Of a stretch of 64,000 nt of DNA, positions 11,301 through 18,953 are shown piece after piece. Position 1 is the stretch's first letter, and each line of letters begins with the position of its first letter. Position numbers and translations under genes: made by a program. The stretch comes from a virus (taxonomy: Duplodnaviria > Caudoviricetes). Location of the stretch: IMG/VR virus record IMGVR_UViG_3300025087_000689. The stretch is one strand, 5' to 3'. The notes below the pieces were generated by a model, which was not told the origin of the DNA, did not search any database, and was given only the letters and a program-made list of their open reading frames with translations.

Positions 11301-12651
11301 AAAAAAGTTAGTTGTGAATAATATAGGTTTTAATGGCATCTATTATAATATATATGGTAATAATCATCAATATAAAAAAGTACAACAACATCATATAGCC
11401 ACTGCTTATACTAATATTCTAAATAATAATATAATAGCTTCTGCCGACGGGTGGGCTAATCAGATTAAATTAGTTTGTCCGGTAGATCCGACAAATGCAA
11501 ATGATATAAACGATGTTCCTATCGAAGATAAGGGAGAATTGGTAACAACTATATTTAATTTAGATGATAATATACTTGATGATCAGATTCGTTCAAAACA
11601 AATGTTTATAAATAATATCGATCCTAGTATGTGGGATGATTCCATATGGGCTAAAAAAATATTACAGGGAGAAGGAACTTGGTGTAATATCGATGGTGAA
11701 CAATATACTGGATTGGAACAAAATGGAGAACCTAAAGTTAAAGAGCGACAATCTACTAAAGATGAGGATGTACAATATAGATTAAGCAGAAATGCATGGG
11801 AGTTATTACCATCAAGGTGGAGAGTAGGTATTAGTATTTTAGCTGAAGAAGCTAGAGATATGTATAATGGCGAATTAACTATTATTGGTGATAGCACTAT
11901 TAGACCATATGATGTTATTCATTTGATCGACTATGTTAATGACATGCATGGTTCATTTGAAGTCGGAAGGGTAATTCATTCTCTATCACCTCAGACTGGA
12001 TTTATTACTAGAATCAAACCCGATCTCATAGTTAATCAAAAGAATAAATTTAATACAGATGAATTATATGTGGCGTCAAATCTTATGTCTCAATCTTATA
12101 GTAGATCTATATTGATTGGTGTTGGTACTGTCGCTGGAATGGGATTAACTAGTTTGAGTGTATTTAATTTAGTGAATTCTGCTGTTAAATCTAGTGCCTT
12201 ACTTGCTGGAGTTTCCTCTACTTTAGGTATACTTGGGATTACAGCTGGTGTCGGATTAGTTGCGTTTGCTGGTTATAAAGCTATTAAATATCATCATGAG
12301 CGTATTATAATGATCATGAATAATATTATAGGTAGAGATTCATTAGAAATTTTACCTTTAACGTATCGTAATATTCCCTATGTTGCTGGTATTGAAGGAT
12401 ACAAGAAGGATAGTTATTTACGCCATATGATAAGTTCTTCTTTAGATGAAACTGGTAAGTATAGTGTTTTTGAAAGAATGGGATATATGAACGCTCCACT
12501 AGAGTTTGAATTTTATAGAAATGTGGTTGGTGATAGTCCAGTATGGTCATGGATACAGACAAATATATTGTCTAATAAAGAAGGCGTTAGTGGTCTAGAT
12601 AGCTTTGTGGCGGCTAAACGTGCGTTCTTTAATTTAGGAGAAACGAGATAA
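5356..12651 (+). CDS. Giant multi-domain baseplate hub / tail-tip protein (M15-like peptidase, two tube-like domains, gp27/gpD-like hub, hydrophobic segments)
   Basis: 2431 aa. N-terminal H...GCAVDI...HIH motif (H 5692, D 5731, HxH 5845-5853). Two internal repeats ending NVRSIPNFPEAFEVYITL and EVSSIPGQPGEYQINLGL. Hub-type C-terminal motif GELTIIGDSTIRPYDVIHL...GSFEVGRVIHSLSPQTGFITRIKP. Two Gly-rich hydrophobic stretches. Confidence 0.7.
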   Translation: MGKPTFENKSHDDEKSFAKMRKYEPLKDLVDVIDLLSKKYNIHITSLGRGFKPGFTTTTSVATALGLKDPLISIVNKFFNRTDVSENEFIYKKVIWESSDPINDHNFVKYSPHFWIPDQPFGCAVDIRSKNFTESQIQSIVNIIKAQNKELYVLVHSIKGNYPHIHLQHDGVYKAGLNTMKDLVDEACGYTKIRKTYSALNPAKLVKRDPDYVDTFKKLDNAICDGFTAADIAETLDIANQKPNLKDKKDTRTILPSDIDNNGLMEVLRIGDINFSVCPVTQISYSQSMQYVRFSTLRTVGDPKIANDTVPNNVTLNIIFPNADAINNQMRSLIAQFMVTPITIVQNRFITRTLKPLIINHKGETEANPLLSPEDESIWMIMTDLNVRSIPNFPEAFEVYITLEMFEDRVFGNKLKFLVDYKDLQEKYRRKQEIFGHQYIIPSEKTMLKSAADFKPGIINVTSDPNNSELYKNFYQSVANTFELYYPEQDTKTGGKLTVLYNSYNYSRENIRKVKKTMEEEYNQSLLETQDIIKELQPGEIKWFAGKGLNVIKPDVIQLINKTGRTTIDLLELTISNFESVKSLHNFRYSVMDPIFRFRQLSKDASIYVNRIGDELGLTSWDKQQVLKIFNSALGRIGTLEKYSTGLASAFKTDANGNPLSNQLTNPTPAQDIGRTDGLIGGLEALIGEMLFTVEGGKNEALSKRAAKINTALKKITELCLGDINEEKPGSNLDQDGLPTFIARYSSVDLIDGKDSISTGVSFSISNKVIPQQVIGWKQPTFQHLGRSDWSINMNIICKNDEAIRNIMFILNKMGVLSKQIQFTSPAKFINLDTTLHIQEGDPIFGVLGINSFVLNTVEVSSIPGQPGEYQINLGLEQADLSIHTAEKIEESSAKQKNKESSQLILKDILPVLKAIVINKDRKDYGQILDFEKIKDAIDNPNLNEYWKAYGVDSYDYMDKYNFYKLMLGTKKVTDPDKDWDLLVMDLFPTDTNFSSNKYFSSNKSGHAFITSIIKLNNLIITETAGNLIWPKGSVKTSLGLVESLQFYFESIGHLANASKNHVATQTVDKNSALWRALGVSAGGTALVGTVGTLIGIGPVGWGILMGVTAIALGGGAIGYVFSEDTLLAIKDKLPEILPAAFNITVNNRIIELAKEFLLDDTSLDVFSSDFEIGNGVILQDRMRSIREDIATSLKGCYNDFESQIQLASKKTGISSSFLDPAFYLYSDDFITVDLIRELRIDIQNRLSMLATRANINALQLGTVVADKYFPKTGSNKYNVELDKLLIPLPKDSLITQQDLQWVVDVRNKIVQINKNAFDDANKENIQKLMGLQNNTKEFEEVFLNDYWPERVKGERTSVVMEAAFARLQLINSALRFETIKSSLDKATEQVSRGRSSFRKDMASQIQLREYNKLFKDVEYPKVVARNPTMTWYEAIIDAGGIGNPYIGATSVDKVFSEINGKSMYTYFTNDGMRELLYQIETIAKCKKAMNNNTSAELMAAYNALEADPRMLQKRIDQIQSLQDILFKATLNDNTGNPIRIFPTFKIYFIEEDAPEWGIFNDFYDYSAVQEITVVKDRKSASDTCVIKLSNVAGKLTDSFAENIPEIGTDNLPLTSMMLKPGMSILVKMGYSNSQVELPVVFYGIIIEVAPGPIVEIICQGYGAELNEIIAPGEGVHHGVFGDVKALGDVATWAIQQATGLNHFGKLGYTSFGIKDTLRLSGTATTGLQGQMKIGSFITGLPGLNINDPRDDNIFLSYNIGNIKKEKQITGSLNLALEWLISKWELSGNLHFDWYIRDQSIWDVLSELVYFSPDFLKIVLPYNDNLFPFIPKIRNTLYVGPRRGYYKYTDMFSMISVDNNIEFSNANKVADILFRMAEDITYNDEIPHTDIIDKLVADFKSLTDNDTLFKTAIFYYFGIAETGSTTVQAFNAQEIGKRDQIIKLSKAFRKEFTNYETILTDYKTIQKGSKLEHINRNFEENLKKLVVNNIGFNGIYYNIYGNNHQYKKVQQHHIATAYTNILNNNIIASADGWANQIKLVCPVDPTNANDINDVPIEDKGELVTTIFNLDDNILDDQIRSKQMFINNIDPSMWDDSIWAKKILQGEGTWCNIDGEQYTGLEQNGEPKVKERQSTKDEDVQYRLSRNAWELLPSRWRVGISILAEEARDMYNGELTIIGDSTIRPYDVIHLIDYVNDMHGSFEVGRVIHSLSPQTGFITRIKPDLIVNQKNKFNTDELYVASNLMSQSYSRSILIGVGTVAGMGLTSLSVFNLVNSAVKSSALLAGVSSTLGILGITAGVGLVAFAGYKAIKYHHERIIMIMNNIIGRDSLEILPLTYRNIPYVAGIEGYKKDSYLRHMISSSLDETGKYSVFERMGYMNAPLEFEFYRNVVGDSPVWSWIQTNILSNKEGVSGLDSFVAAKRAFFNLGETR

Positions 12652-12652
12652 A

Positions 12653-13546
12653 ATGGAAACTAATATTTTTAGAACCACCCTATTTAAAGATATTATCGGA
12701 GTCAAGGTAGATAGTGGTTATATAAGAGTCAGTGATAAAGGCGTATTATATGACTTAAAATGCTCTAATAAAATGAAACTTCCTCAAGTAGAAAAAGAAC
12801 CAGGTAAATATTTTGTTTTAGTTGGCGAATCCATATCAGAGCTAAGTAGAGCTAGAGTTAGACAAGATAGCAATACTAAAGATTTTCCACCTGTTGGAGA
12901 ACAAAGTGTTGGTGAGGTTTATTGTGAAGTCATGGATACTGGTATATCGACTCCACCTGTTACGCGTAGTGCTGGTGAAATATTTAGTAATCCAACAGCT
13001 ATAGATAGTGTGCCAATTGCATATATAACAGCCTCACAGATTTCTAAGAATGATCCTAATTATGATTCTGGAAATAAAGAAGAATCTATGGCTAGGGCCG
13101 TTCAAGTTCCTGCGATTACAGGTGGTCCATCTACTGGAATTGGAATGAGAGTTGGCACCCATAGTGTTGGTGTTTCACAAAAAGCTGGAATGGTATCTAA
13201 TACTGATTCGATGACACATAGTACACAAGAAACCAATCATGGTGCTGGTATGTTCACAACCAGTTATAATTTTCTGCAGCATTATTTTATTCATTTGGCT
13301 GGTGCCGTTTCTCTTCCAATGAATCACATGGTTAATCTGGCAAAAATGTTGGCTATTGGCAAATTTGTTAAAGGTGTCGTTGGTAGTAAAGGTAAGAGAG
13401 TGGATGACGGGAGTGGCACAACTAAATGGCAGAATGGTACTGGTATCTATGGTCTTGCAGATGAGATTGGAGAAACTAGCGGTATTCATTCTCCAGGTGA
13501 AGGTACTATTATTGGAAAAATTAGGAGAGATCTTAATAATCTCTAG
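12653..13546 (+). CDS. Putative baseplate protein (possible central spike by position)
   Basis: 297-aa ORF between the hub and gp25-like genes, preceded by the RBS AGGAG. Function inferred from synteny only. Confidence 0.45.
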   Translation: METNIFRTTLFKDIIGVKVDSGYIRVSDKGVLYDLKCSNKMKLPQVEKEPGKYFVLVGESISELSRARVRQDSNTKDFPPVGEQSVGEVYCEVMDTGISTPPVTRSAGEIFSNPTAIDSVPIAYITASQISKNDPNYDSGNKEESMARAVQVPAITGGPSTGIGMRVGTHSVGVSQKAGMVSNTDSMTHSTQETNHGAGMFTTSYNFLQHYFIHLAGAVSLPMNHMVNLAKMLAIGKFVKGVVGSKGKRVDDGSGTTKWQNGTGIYGLADEIGETSGIHSPGEGTIIGKIRRDLNNL

Positions 13547-13556
13547 GAGGTTTTAT

Positions 13557-14030
13557 ATGTCTTTATTTAGTGGTCTTTCAGATATAGCTACGTCCTCGGA
13601 TGGAGATATGCTTGTTGAGGGTTCGGATTTAAAAAAAGTTAATGGTATTGATTGGTTCATTCAAGAGGTAAATAAGATTCTTAGATCTGCGAATGACTGG
13701 TTCTTTGCTCCTAATGCGGGTGCAGCGTTAGATAGATTCTATGGTTCAAATAATACTAGAGAGATAGCAACTGAAATACAAGATATCATTAAAAGTAAGA
13801 TTGAAAGACAAGGTATTAGTTTTCCGGCTACTCTTAATGTGAGAGTAGTCCCTCTATCTCGAGATGAGATAAAGGTTTATATTAACTTAAATTTTAATAA
13901 CGAAAATATTAACATATCGAAATTAATCTTTGATTTGCAGAAAGGTTCTATAAAAGAGACAGAAGAGATTGAAAAACAACAGTCTACAAAGACTCCTAAT
14001 AAACATCCATATGCTGGTAAGTTTCTCTAA
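13557..14030 (+). CDS. Baseplate wedge protein, gp25/DUF2634-like
   Basis: AGGAGG at 13545-13550 supports ATG 13557 rather than the ORF-track start 13356. Motif DIATSSDGDMLVEGSDLKKVNG...W...GAALDRFYGS. Lies directly before baseplate J. Confidence 0.75.
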   Translation: MSLFSGLSDIATSSDGDMLVEGSDLKKVNGIDWFIQEVNKILRSANDWFFAPNAGAALDRFYGSNNTREIATEIQDIIKSKIERQGISFPATLNVRVVPLSRDEIKVYINLNFNNENINISKLIFDLQKGSIKETEEIEKQQSTKTPNKHPYAGKFL

Positions 14031-14041
14031 ATCATTGAATT

Positions 14042-14068
14042 ATACTAGAAAATACAATATAATATATA
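14042..14068 (+). promoter_or_regulatory. Class B bipartite promoter-like motif ATACTAG-N12-AATATATA
   Basis: Intergenic, 19 nt upstream of baseplate J. Both boxes and their spacing are identical at 29375 and 48665. Confidence 0.65.
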
Positions 14069-14087
14069 GTGAAAGTAAGGATTTAAA

Positions 14088-15365
14088 ATGTCTATAACCC
14101 AAATTTCTCGCTCTCAGTTTGATATACTACGTGACGCTAGGGAAAACTTAGTACAAAATGTAGGCGTCAGTGCTGATAATGAAACATCTACATCGTTGAA
14201 TTTGCTTAAATCTATGTCAAAAGAAGTGGCTTCGATGTGGGATCGTATGAATACACTATTACGTATGGGTTTCATTACGACAGCTTTCGGTGAAGGTCTA
14301 GACGAGATAGGTGTATTTTTACAAGAACCAAGAGCTGGTTTTAAAAGATCAATGGATCTTAGTACAACTAACCTTAAATTTTATCTTGATGAATCATATG
14401 CTAGAGACATAACTGACTTACTTAATAGGTATTTAACTATCAGGGATCGTAATGAGTTACTTGAACAGGGTGTAATAGATAGTGCAACTAATCCATCATT
14501 GATTAATATTCCCGCGAACTTACTGGTAACTAATAATGATGGTACTATTTCATATACTGTCATGAATTCTATGACTTTATCTAATACACAAACATCTGAT
14601 TTTAGTCCTCTTATAGCTACAGGCACTGGTTCTAGTTTTAATGCAGCTCCTGGAACATTAGTTAGACATAATCTAACTTCTATCTATCCTATCTTATCGA
14701 AGGTAAAAGAAGCTATTAAAGTAAAAAATCTTTATGGTATTCGAAATGGTGGTGATATAGAGGGCGATGAAAACTATAGATTTAGACTTTCGAATAAAGT
14801 AGTAGCCGCTGTATCTGGTAATAACGCATCCATTCGCCAAGCTGTTTTATCGGTTCCTGGTGTAGTCGATATGGCTCTCATCCCTCGTACTCATGGTAAT
14901 GGAACATTTACCATCTTTCCTAGGACCTCCGATCCTATTCTGTCAGATGGCGTCATGACTGCGGTTGAAGCAAGTGTGCAGAGTGTTATAGCTGGTGGAA
15001 CTATTGTATATGTAGATGCACCAGATTATCTTGCTGTAGCAATGAGACTAGAACTTCGATTCTTACCTGGGGCCGATAAGAATGCTCTTTTTGCTAATGC
15101 TAGACTTGCGGTTATGGATTATATTAACAATCTAGATTTGGGCGGAGAGATAGTTATTAATGAAATCATCCAGATTGTTATGTCTTTAGATGATAAGATT
15201 ATGGATATGAGTATTCCTCAATTTGGATTTGGTTTTCTCGATAGAGTAACAGGTGCTATTACTTCGTATACTCCACTTAGATTAATGAATCAGGTGGCCG
15301 ACTACAATCAAAAATGGTACACTAATAGTAGCCTCTGTTCCATTTGTCAAGCAGGAACTAGATAA
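14088..15365 (+). CDS. Baseplate J-like wedge protein
   Basis: Motifs FITTAFGEGLDEIG, GGDIEGDENYRFRL and SIRQAVLSVPGV, plus a C-terminal DYINNLDLGGEIVINEII, are typical of the baseplate J/gp47 family. Confidence 0.9.
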   Translation: MSITQISRSQFDILRDARENLVQNVGVSADNETSTSLNLLKSMSKEVASMWDRMNTLLRMGFITTAFGEGLDEIGVFLQEPRAGFKRSMDLSTTNLKFYLDESYARDITDLLNRYLTIRDRNELLEQGVIDSATNPSLINIPANLLVTNNDGTISYTVMNSMTLSNTQTSDFSPLIATGTGSSFNAAPGTLVRHNLTSIYPILSKVKEAIKVKNLYGIRNGGDIEGDENYRFRLSNKVVAAVSGNNASIRQAVLSVPGVVDMALIPRTHGNGTFTIFPRTSDPILSDGVMTAVEASVQSVIAGGTIVYVDAPDYLAVAMRLELRFLPGADKNALFANARLAVMDYINNLDLGGEIVINEIIQIVMSLDDKIMDMSIPQFGFGFLDRVTGAITSYTPLRLMNQVADYNQKWYTNSSLCSICQAGTR

Positions 15366-16936
15366 TGCTTCCATCAAGAAGAGCCTTCCATCCTACGATG
15401 TATGCAGCTGGAATCCTATCTAGATTTCCAGCGTGGATGAAACTACATAATAAAGACTCAGTAGGATATAGATTCACTGATGCTATTCTTGGTAATGAAC
15501 TAGAGTTATTCGCCAATACACTACAGATATATAAAGACTATACTTCAATAGTTAGATCACCCATAGATACATTAGAATATCTATCCCAGATAGAGTTACC
15601 TTACTTTCTTAAAGAGAGTACTATTTATACAACAGAAGATATTCCTATTTACGTAGTTCAAAACGAAATGGAGTTTCTTAATAATATACCTACCAGAATT
15701 GCGAACACTTTAAGTAGAATTTCTCCATCTGGTTTAGATGGAGCTAATATAGTTGGATTAGAGTGGCTTGATGGATTTCCAAGTGGTGTTCTTGCGATCA
15801 AAAGAGATGTGGATGATATTACACCTAGTTCTCTTTTATATTATGATATCATTAGTAAAACAAATAGTATTTCTCTAACACCGTCGTCTGGTATTATATT
15901 GGGTGTAGGTTATGTTGGACTTGGTCAAAATGCTTCATGGGATGAAGCGATACCAGAATCAACACAATCATTGAGAAGTAAATATCCAATTAATTCATGG
16001 ATTACTATTAGTGGTGATGTTAGTAGTACTATGCCATCTGGAGTTACTTGGGATAAACAAAGTTTTATATATCCAGAAACTGACATCAAAACATATTTTC
16101 AGAGGTTATTAAATAACCCATATGGGTCAGGAGTATACGATCAGGCTGATATCGAACTAGTATTTGCTCCTATACCTGGAACGATTAAAGTATATGATGT
16201 CTTTAACACTACTGTCTCGGGAACAGCAACTCAAGAACGTACGCCAACTCTTATACCTTCTTCTGGATGGAATGTATATCAATTCACATCTGGTTATTAT
16301 GCTGAAAATGACTATGGTGAATTAGAGTTCAGACAGCATCCGTGGACTTATAAAGGATACGATAATCCCATTCCATGGGAAATAACACCAAAAGATATAC
16401 AAGATGAAATAATTGCAAGGGAAGGTTCTGGAGTCCCAATTGTACCAACTCTAATCGGTAATGTCTCTTGGAGATTACTACCGTCTGGTGGATATGTTGA
16501 TGATGAAGTTTTTCCACATAGTGGTACTTTTAATTGGATTGATGGTACTAGTGGTAGTGGTAATATAATTCGTTTTAGTGGTCATTTCTCCAAATATGAA
16601 GTTCATTATCAATATCGATTATATGAAAATATAACTCAAATATCAGCTGATCCAAAAGAATCATATAAACCAGCCACTCCAAGCGGAGGACCTTTATACT
16701 TTATAACTAATACAGATTTCTTTCAAAATATTCATATTGAGACCAGTTTATCTGATGCTAATGCAATTCGCATTGATCCATACTCAGTTAGACCAGGAGT
16801 TACATTATATTATACTCTAAGAATGAATACTAAATTTGAAGATATATGGGACGACGCAAGAACAACAGATAAGACTGTGCAATTCTATAAACATAATATA
16901 GGTTATACAGATAATCTAGGATTACGTAATGGCTAA
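15365..16936 (+). CDS. Baseplate/tail structural protein, Ser-Gly rich
   Basis: 523 aa, coupled to baseplate J by TAATG. About 16 SG dipeptides. Confidence 0.6.
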   Translation: MLPSRRAFHPTMYAAGILSRFPAWMKLHNKDSVGYRFTDAILGNELELFANTLQIYKDYTSIVRSPIDTLEYLSQIELPYFLKESTIYTTEDIPIYVVQNEMEFLNNIPTRIANTLSRISPSGLDGANIVGLEWLDGFPSGVLAIKRDVDDITPSSLLYYDIISKTNSISLTPSSGIILGVGYVGLGQNASWDEAIPESTQSLRSKYPINSWITISGDVSSTMPSGVTWDKQSFIYPETDIKTYFQRLLNNPYGSGVYDQADIELVFAPIPGTIKVYDVFNTTVSGTATQERTPTLIPSSGWNVYQFTSGYYAENDYGELEFRQHPWTYKGYDNPIPWEITPKDIQDEIIAREGSGVPIVPTLIGNVSWRLLPSGGYVDDEVFPHSGTFNWIDGTSGSGNIIRFSGHFSKYEVHYQYRLYENITQISADPKESYKPATPSGGPLYFITNTDFFQNIHIETSLSDANAIRIDPYSVRPGVTLYYTLRMNTKFEDIWDDARTTDKTVQFYKHNIGYTDNLGLRNG

Positions 16937-18953
16937 CATATATATTCTTAATGTACCTACAGATTATGATAGCATTTCTGGTGCTATTGGAGCAATCATC
17001 AATAGCGGATTAACGGATTATGATAGAGGTATAATTAATATTGAGACCAGTGGGTCTTATATAGCATCAGGTGTAGGATGTTATCAAATACCATCCGGTA
17101 CATTAGAAATTGGAAGCACCGAAAATAATGTGCATCTCGATAGTATGTATTTCTTAAATTCAGGTAATATTCAAGTATCTAATGTTCGTATAGATCTTCT
17201 TAGTATTAGTGGTTATGGACAGCTTCAACTATTTGATGTGTCTGGTTCTACTATATCTGCTAGTGGATTAAGTTCAGTTAATATTACTAGCGGGGTTATC
17301 GGAACGTTACTCGATGTTACCGATTCTGATAGTCTAATTCTCAATGATGTTTATTCTTCTGGTAATTGTAAATATAATATAACGCGAGTAAGTTCAGTAA
17401 ATATTTCTTCTGGTGATTATTCAAACTACGATGATACTGGTTTCAAATTAACCTTGGATGTTTGTAGTGGAATATATATTAACAAAATAAAAGGTGCGAA
17501 TATTTCTGGAAATTTACTATTATTTTCTGGTTGTCCTGATATAACTATGAACCATGCGTCTTTGGCCAGTAATATTTCTGGTTATACAATGACTGCTTTT
17601 GTGTCTGGTGGTGGTTTGGCTTGTTCTGGATTAATTGAGTATTCTATTATTGTTGGTAATGCTGGATCTGGTATGGGTCCATTCGATATCTACGATGCAC
17701 AATTTATCACGGTTAGTGGATGTTGCATATATAATTTTATAGATGATGAAACTTATACTGGATTATCTGGATTTTATTTTAATAAAGATCCATTATTTGT
17801 AAATGCATCTGGCGGAGATTTAAGGCCAGATATTAACTCACCTTGTGTTAGTAATGCGGATTCTATTGAAATCGTAGAAGCTTTAAGTGGCGTTACTGTT
17901 GAGACTGTTCAACTTAATAAAGAAGCTATTAAATTTTATCTTCGTGATCAGGATATTAAAGCCGTTATTCCTTCTGGTATCTATGTTGTTGGTAGTGGTC
18001 TAGCCGTCTTTTTTAAAGCTGACCCGAGTCTTGATAATAATATGGATATCTTAATTCATAAACAATATAAGGTTCTTGGTAGCGGAATAACATTTCAGAG
18101 TTTTCAAAATACCGCCGGAATAATTGGATTTGATTCAGACTACAAATTAATACCATATATAGACTACGCATCAAATGCGGTTATGTATTATGTTCAACCG
18201 TTTACTATGTTATCGTTTAGTGATATGGTTAATAGTGCTAGTGCCACATTACAAGATATAGAGGTATCTGGAAAATTTAAATACAATGGGTTTACTAGGG
18301 ATAGATTTCAAGATAGCGATGGAACTCCGTTGTATTGGGTTGGTGAGGAATATAATAACTATTTATATGGATATTCTATTCTTTCAAACGAGAAGGTTAT
18401 GACTTATCCTTTATTTAATAGTTCTGGTGTGTCACCTTCAGTTACTTTATCTGATTTGAATTATCTTAGTAGAACTTCTACGCAAGCTAATATATGGTCT
18501 GATAAGGTATATGTTGATGATCATTATGAATCAAGAAATATATCGATTGATAATCAGGATGGAATATTTAAGTTTAAATCATTTGAAAAAGACACCAGTT
18601 TAGGATTAGAAGCTATCGGTACATTGGGTGATTGGTTAGTAGTATCGGCCCGTCAACAATATAAAGATGATTCAGATGTAGTTTCTACTAAACATAATCT
18701 TTATTTTTATAATAAATATGAGATAAATCCTTTCGAAGAACCAATTAAAGTATTTAGTGGAGTGATAGGATTAGACGATGTAACTATTGGTGATTTGACT
18801 TTTAATGATGTTGGTAATTTATTAATCTCAGTTTCTGGTTATATAAATTTTTATAAATTGTTCTATGATTATGCCTTACTAACCAGATTACCGAATGGAA
18901 CTATTAAAAGCACTCTTCTCTTTAGAGAGGACTATACCGGAGTGAAGTTATAA
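16929..18953 (+). CDS. Right-handed beta-helix (pectin-lyase-like) structural protein, strongly Ser-Gly rich
   Basis: Periodic N/S/I-rich strands in the N-terminal ~300 aa end in DPLFVNASGGDLRPDINSPCV (about 17787-17850), the DP.FV...GD..L...SP cap typical of beta-helix/choice-of-anchor-Q domains. About 30 SG. Confidence 0.6.
   Translation: MANIYILNVPTDYDSISGAIGAIINSGLTDYDRGIINIETSGSYIASGVGCYQIPSGTLEIGSTENNVHLDSMYFLNSGNIQVSNVRIDLLSISGYGQLQLFDVSGSTISASGLSSVNITSGVIGTLLDVTDSDSLILNDVYSSGNCKYNITRVSSVNISSGDYSNYDDTGFKLTLDVCSGIYINKIKGANISGNLLLFSGCPDITMNHASLASNISGYTMTAFVSGGGLACSGLIEYSIIVGNAGSGMGPFDIYDAQFITVSGCCIYNFIDDETYTGLSGFYFNKDPLFVNASGGDLRPDINSPCVSNADSIEIVEALSGVTVETVQLNKEAIKFYLRDQDIKAVIPSGIYVVGSGLAVFFKADPSLDNNMDILIHKQYKVLGSGITFQSFQNTAGIIGFDSDYKLIPYIDYASNAVMYYVQPFTMLSFSDMVNSASATLQDIEVSGKFKYNGFTRDRFQDSDGTPLYWVGEEYNNYLYGYSILSNEKVMTYPLFNSSGVSPSVTLSDLNYLSRTSTQANIWSDKVYVDDHYESRNISIDNQDGIFKFKSFEKDTSLGLEAIGTLGDWLVVSARQQYKDDSDVVSTKHNLYFYNKYEINPFEEPIKVFSGVIGLDDVTIGDLTFNDVGNLLISVSGYINFYKLFYDYALLTRLPNGTIKSTLLFREDYTGVKL

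Noticed and set aside
13356-13556. Extended N-terminus of the gp25-like gene as given in the ORF track
   Set aside because: It overlaps the upstream gene by about 190 nt, and a strong AGGAGG RBS supports ATG 13557.
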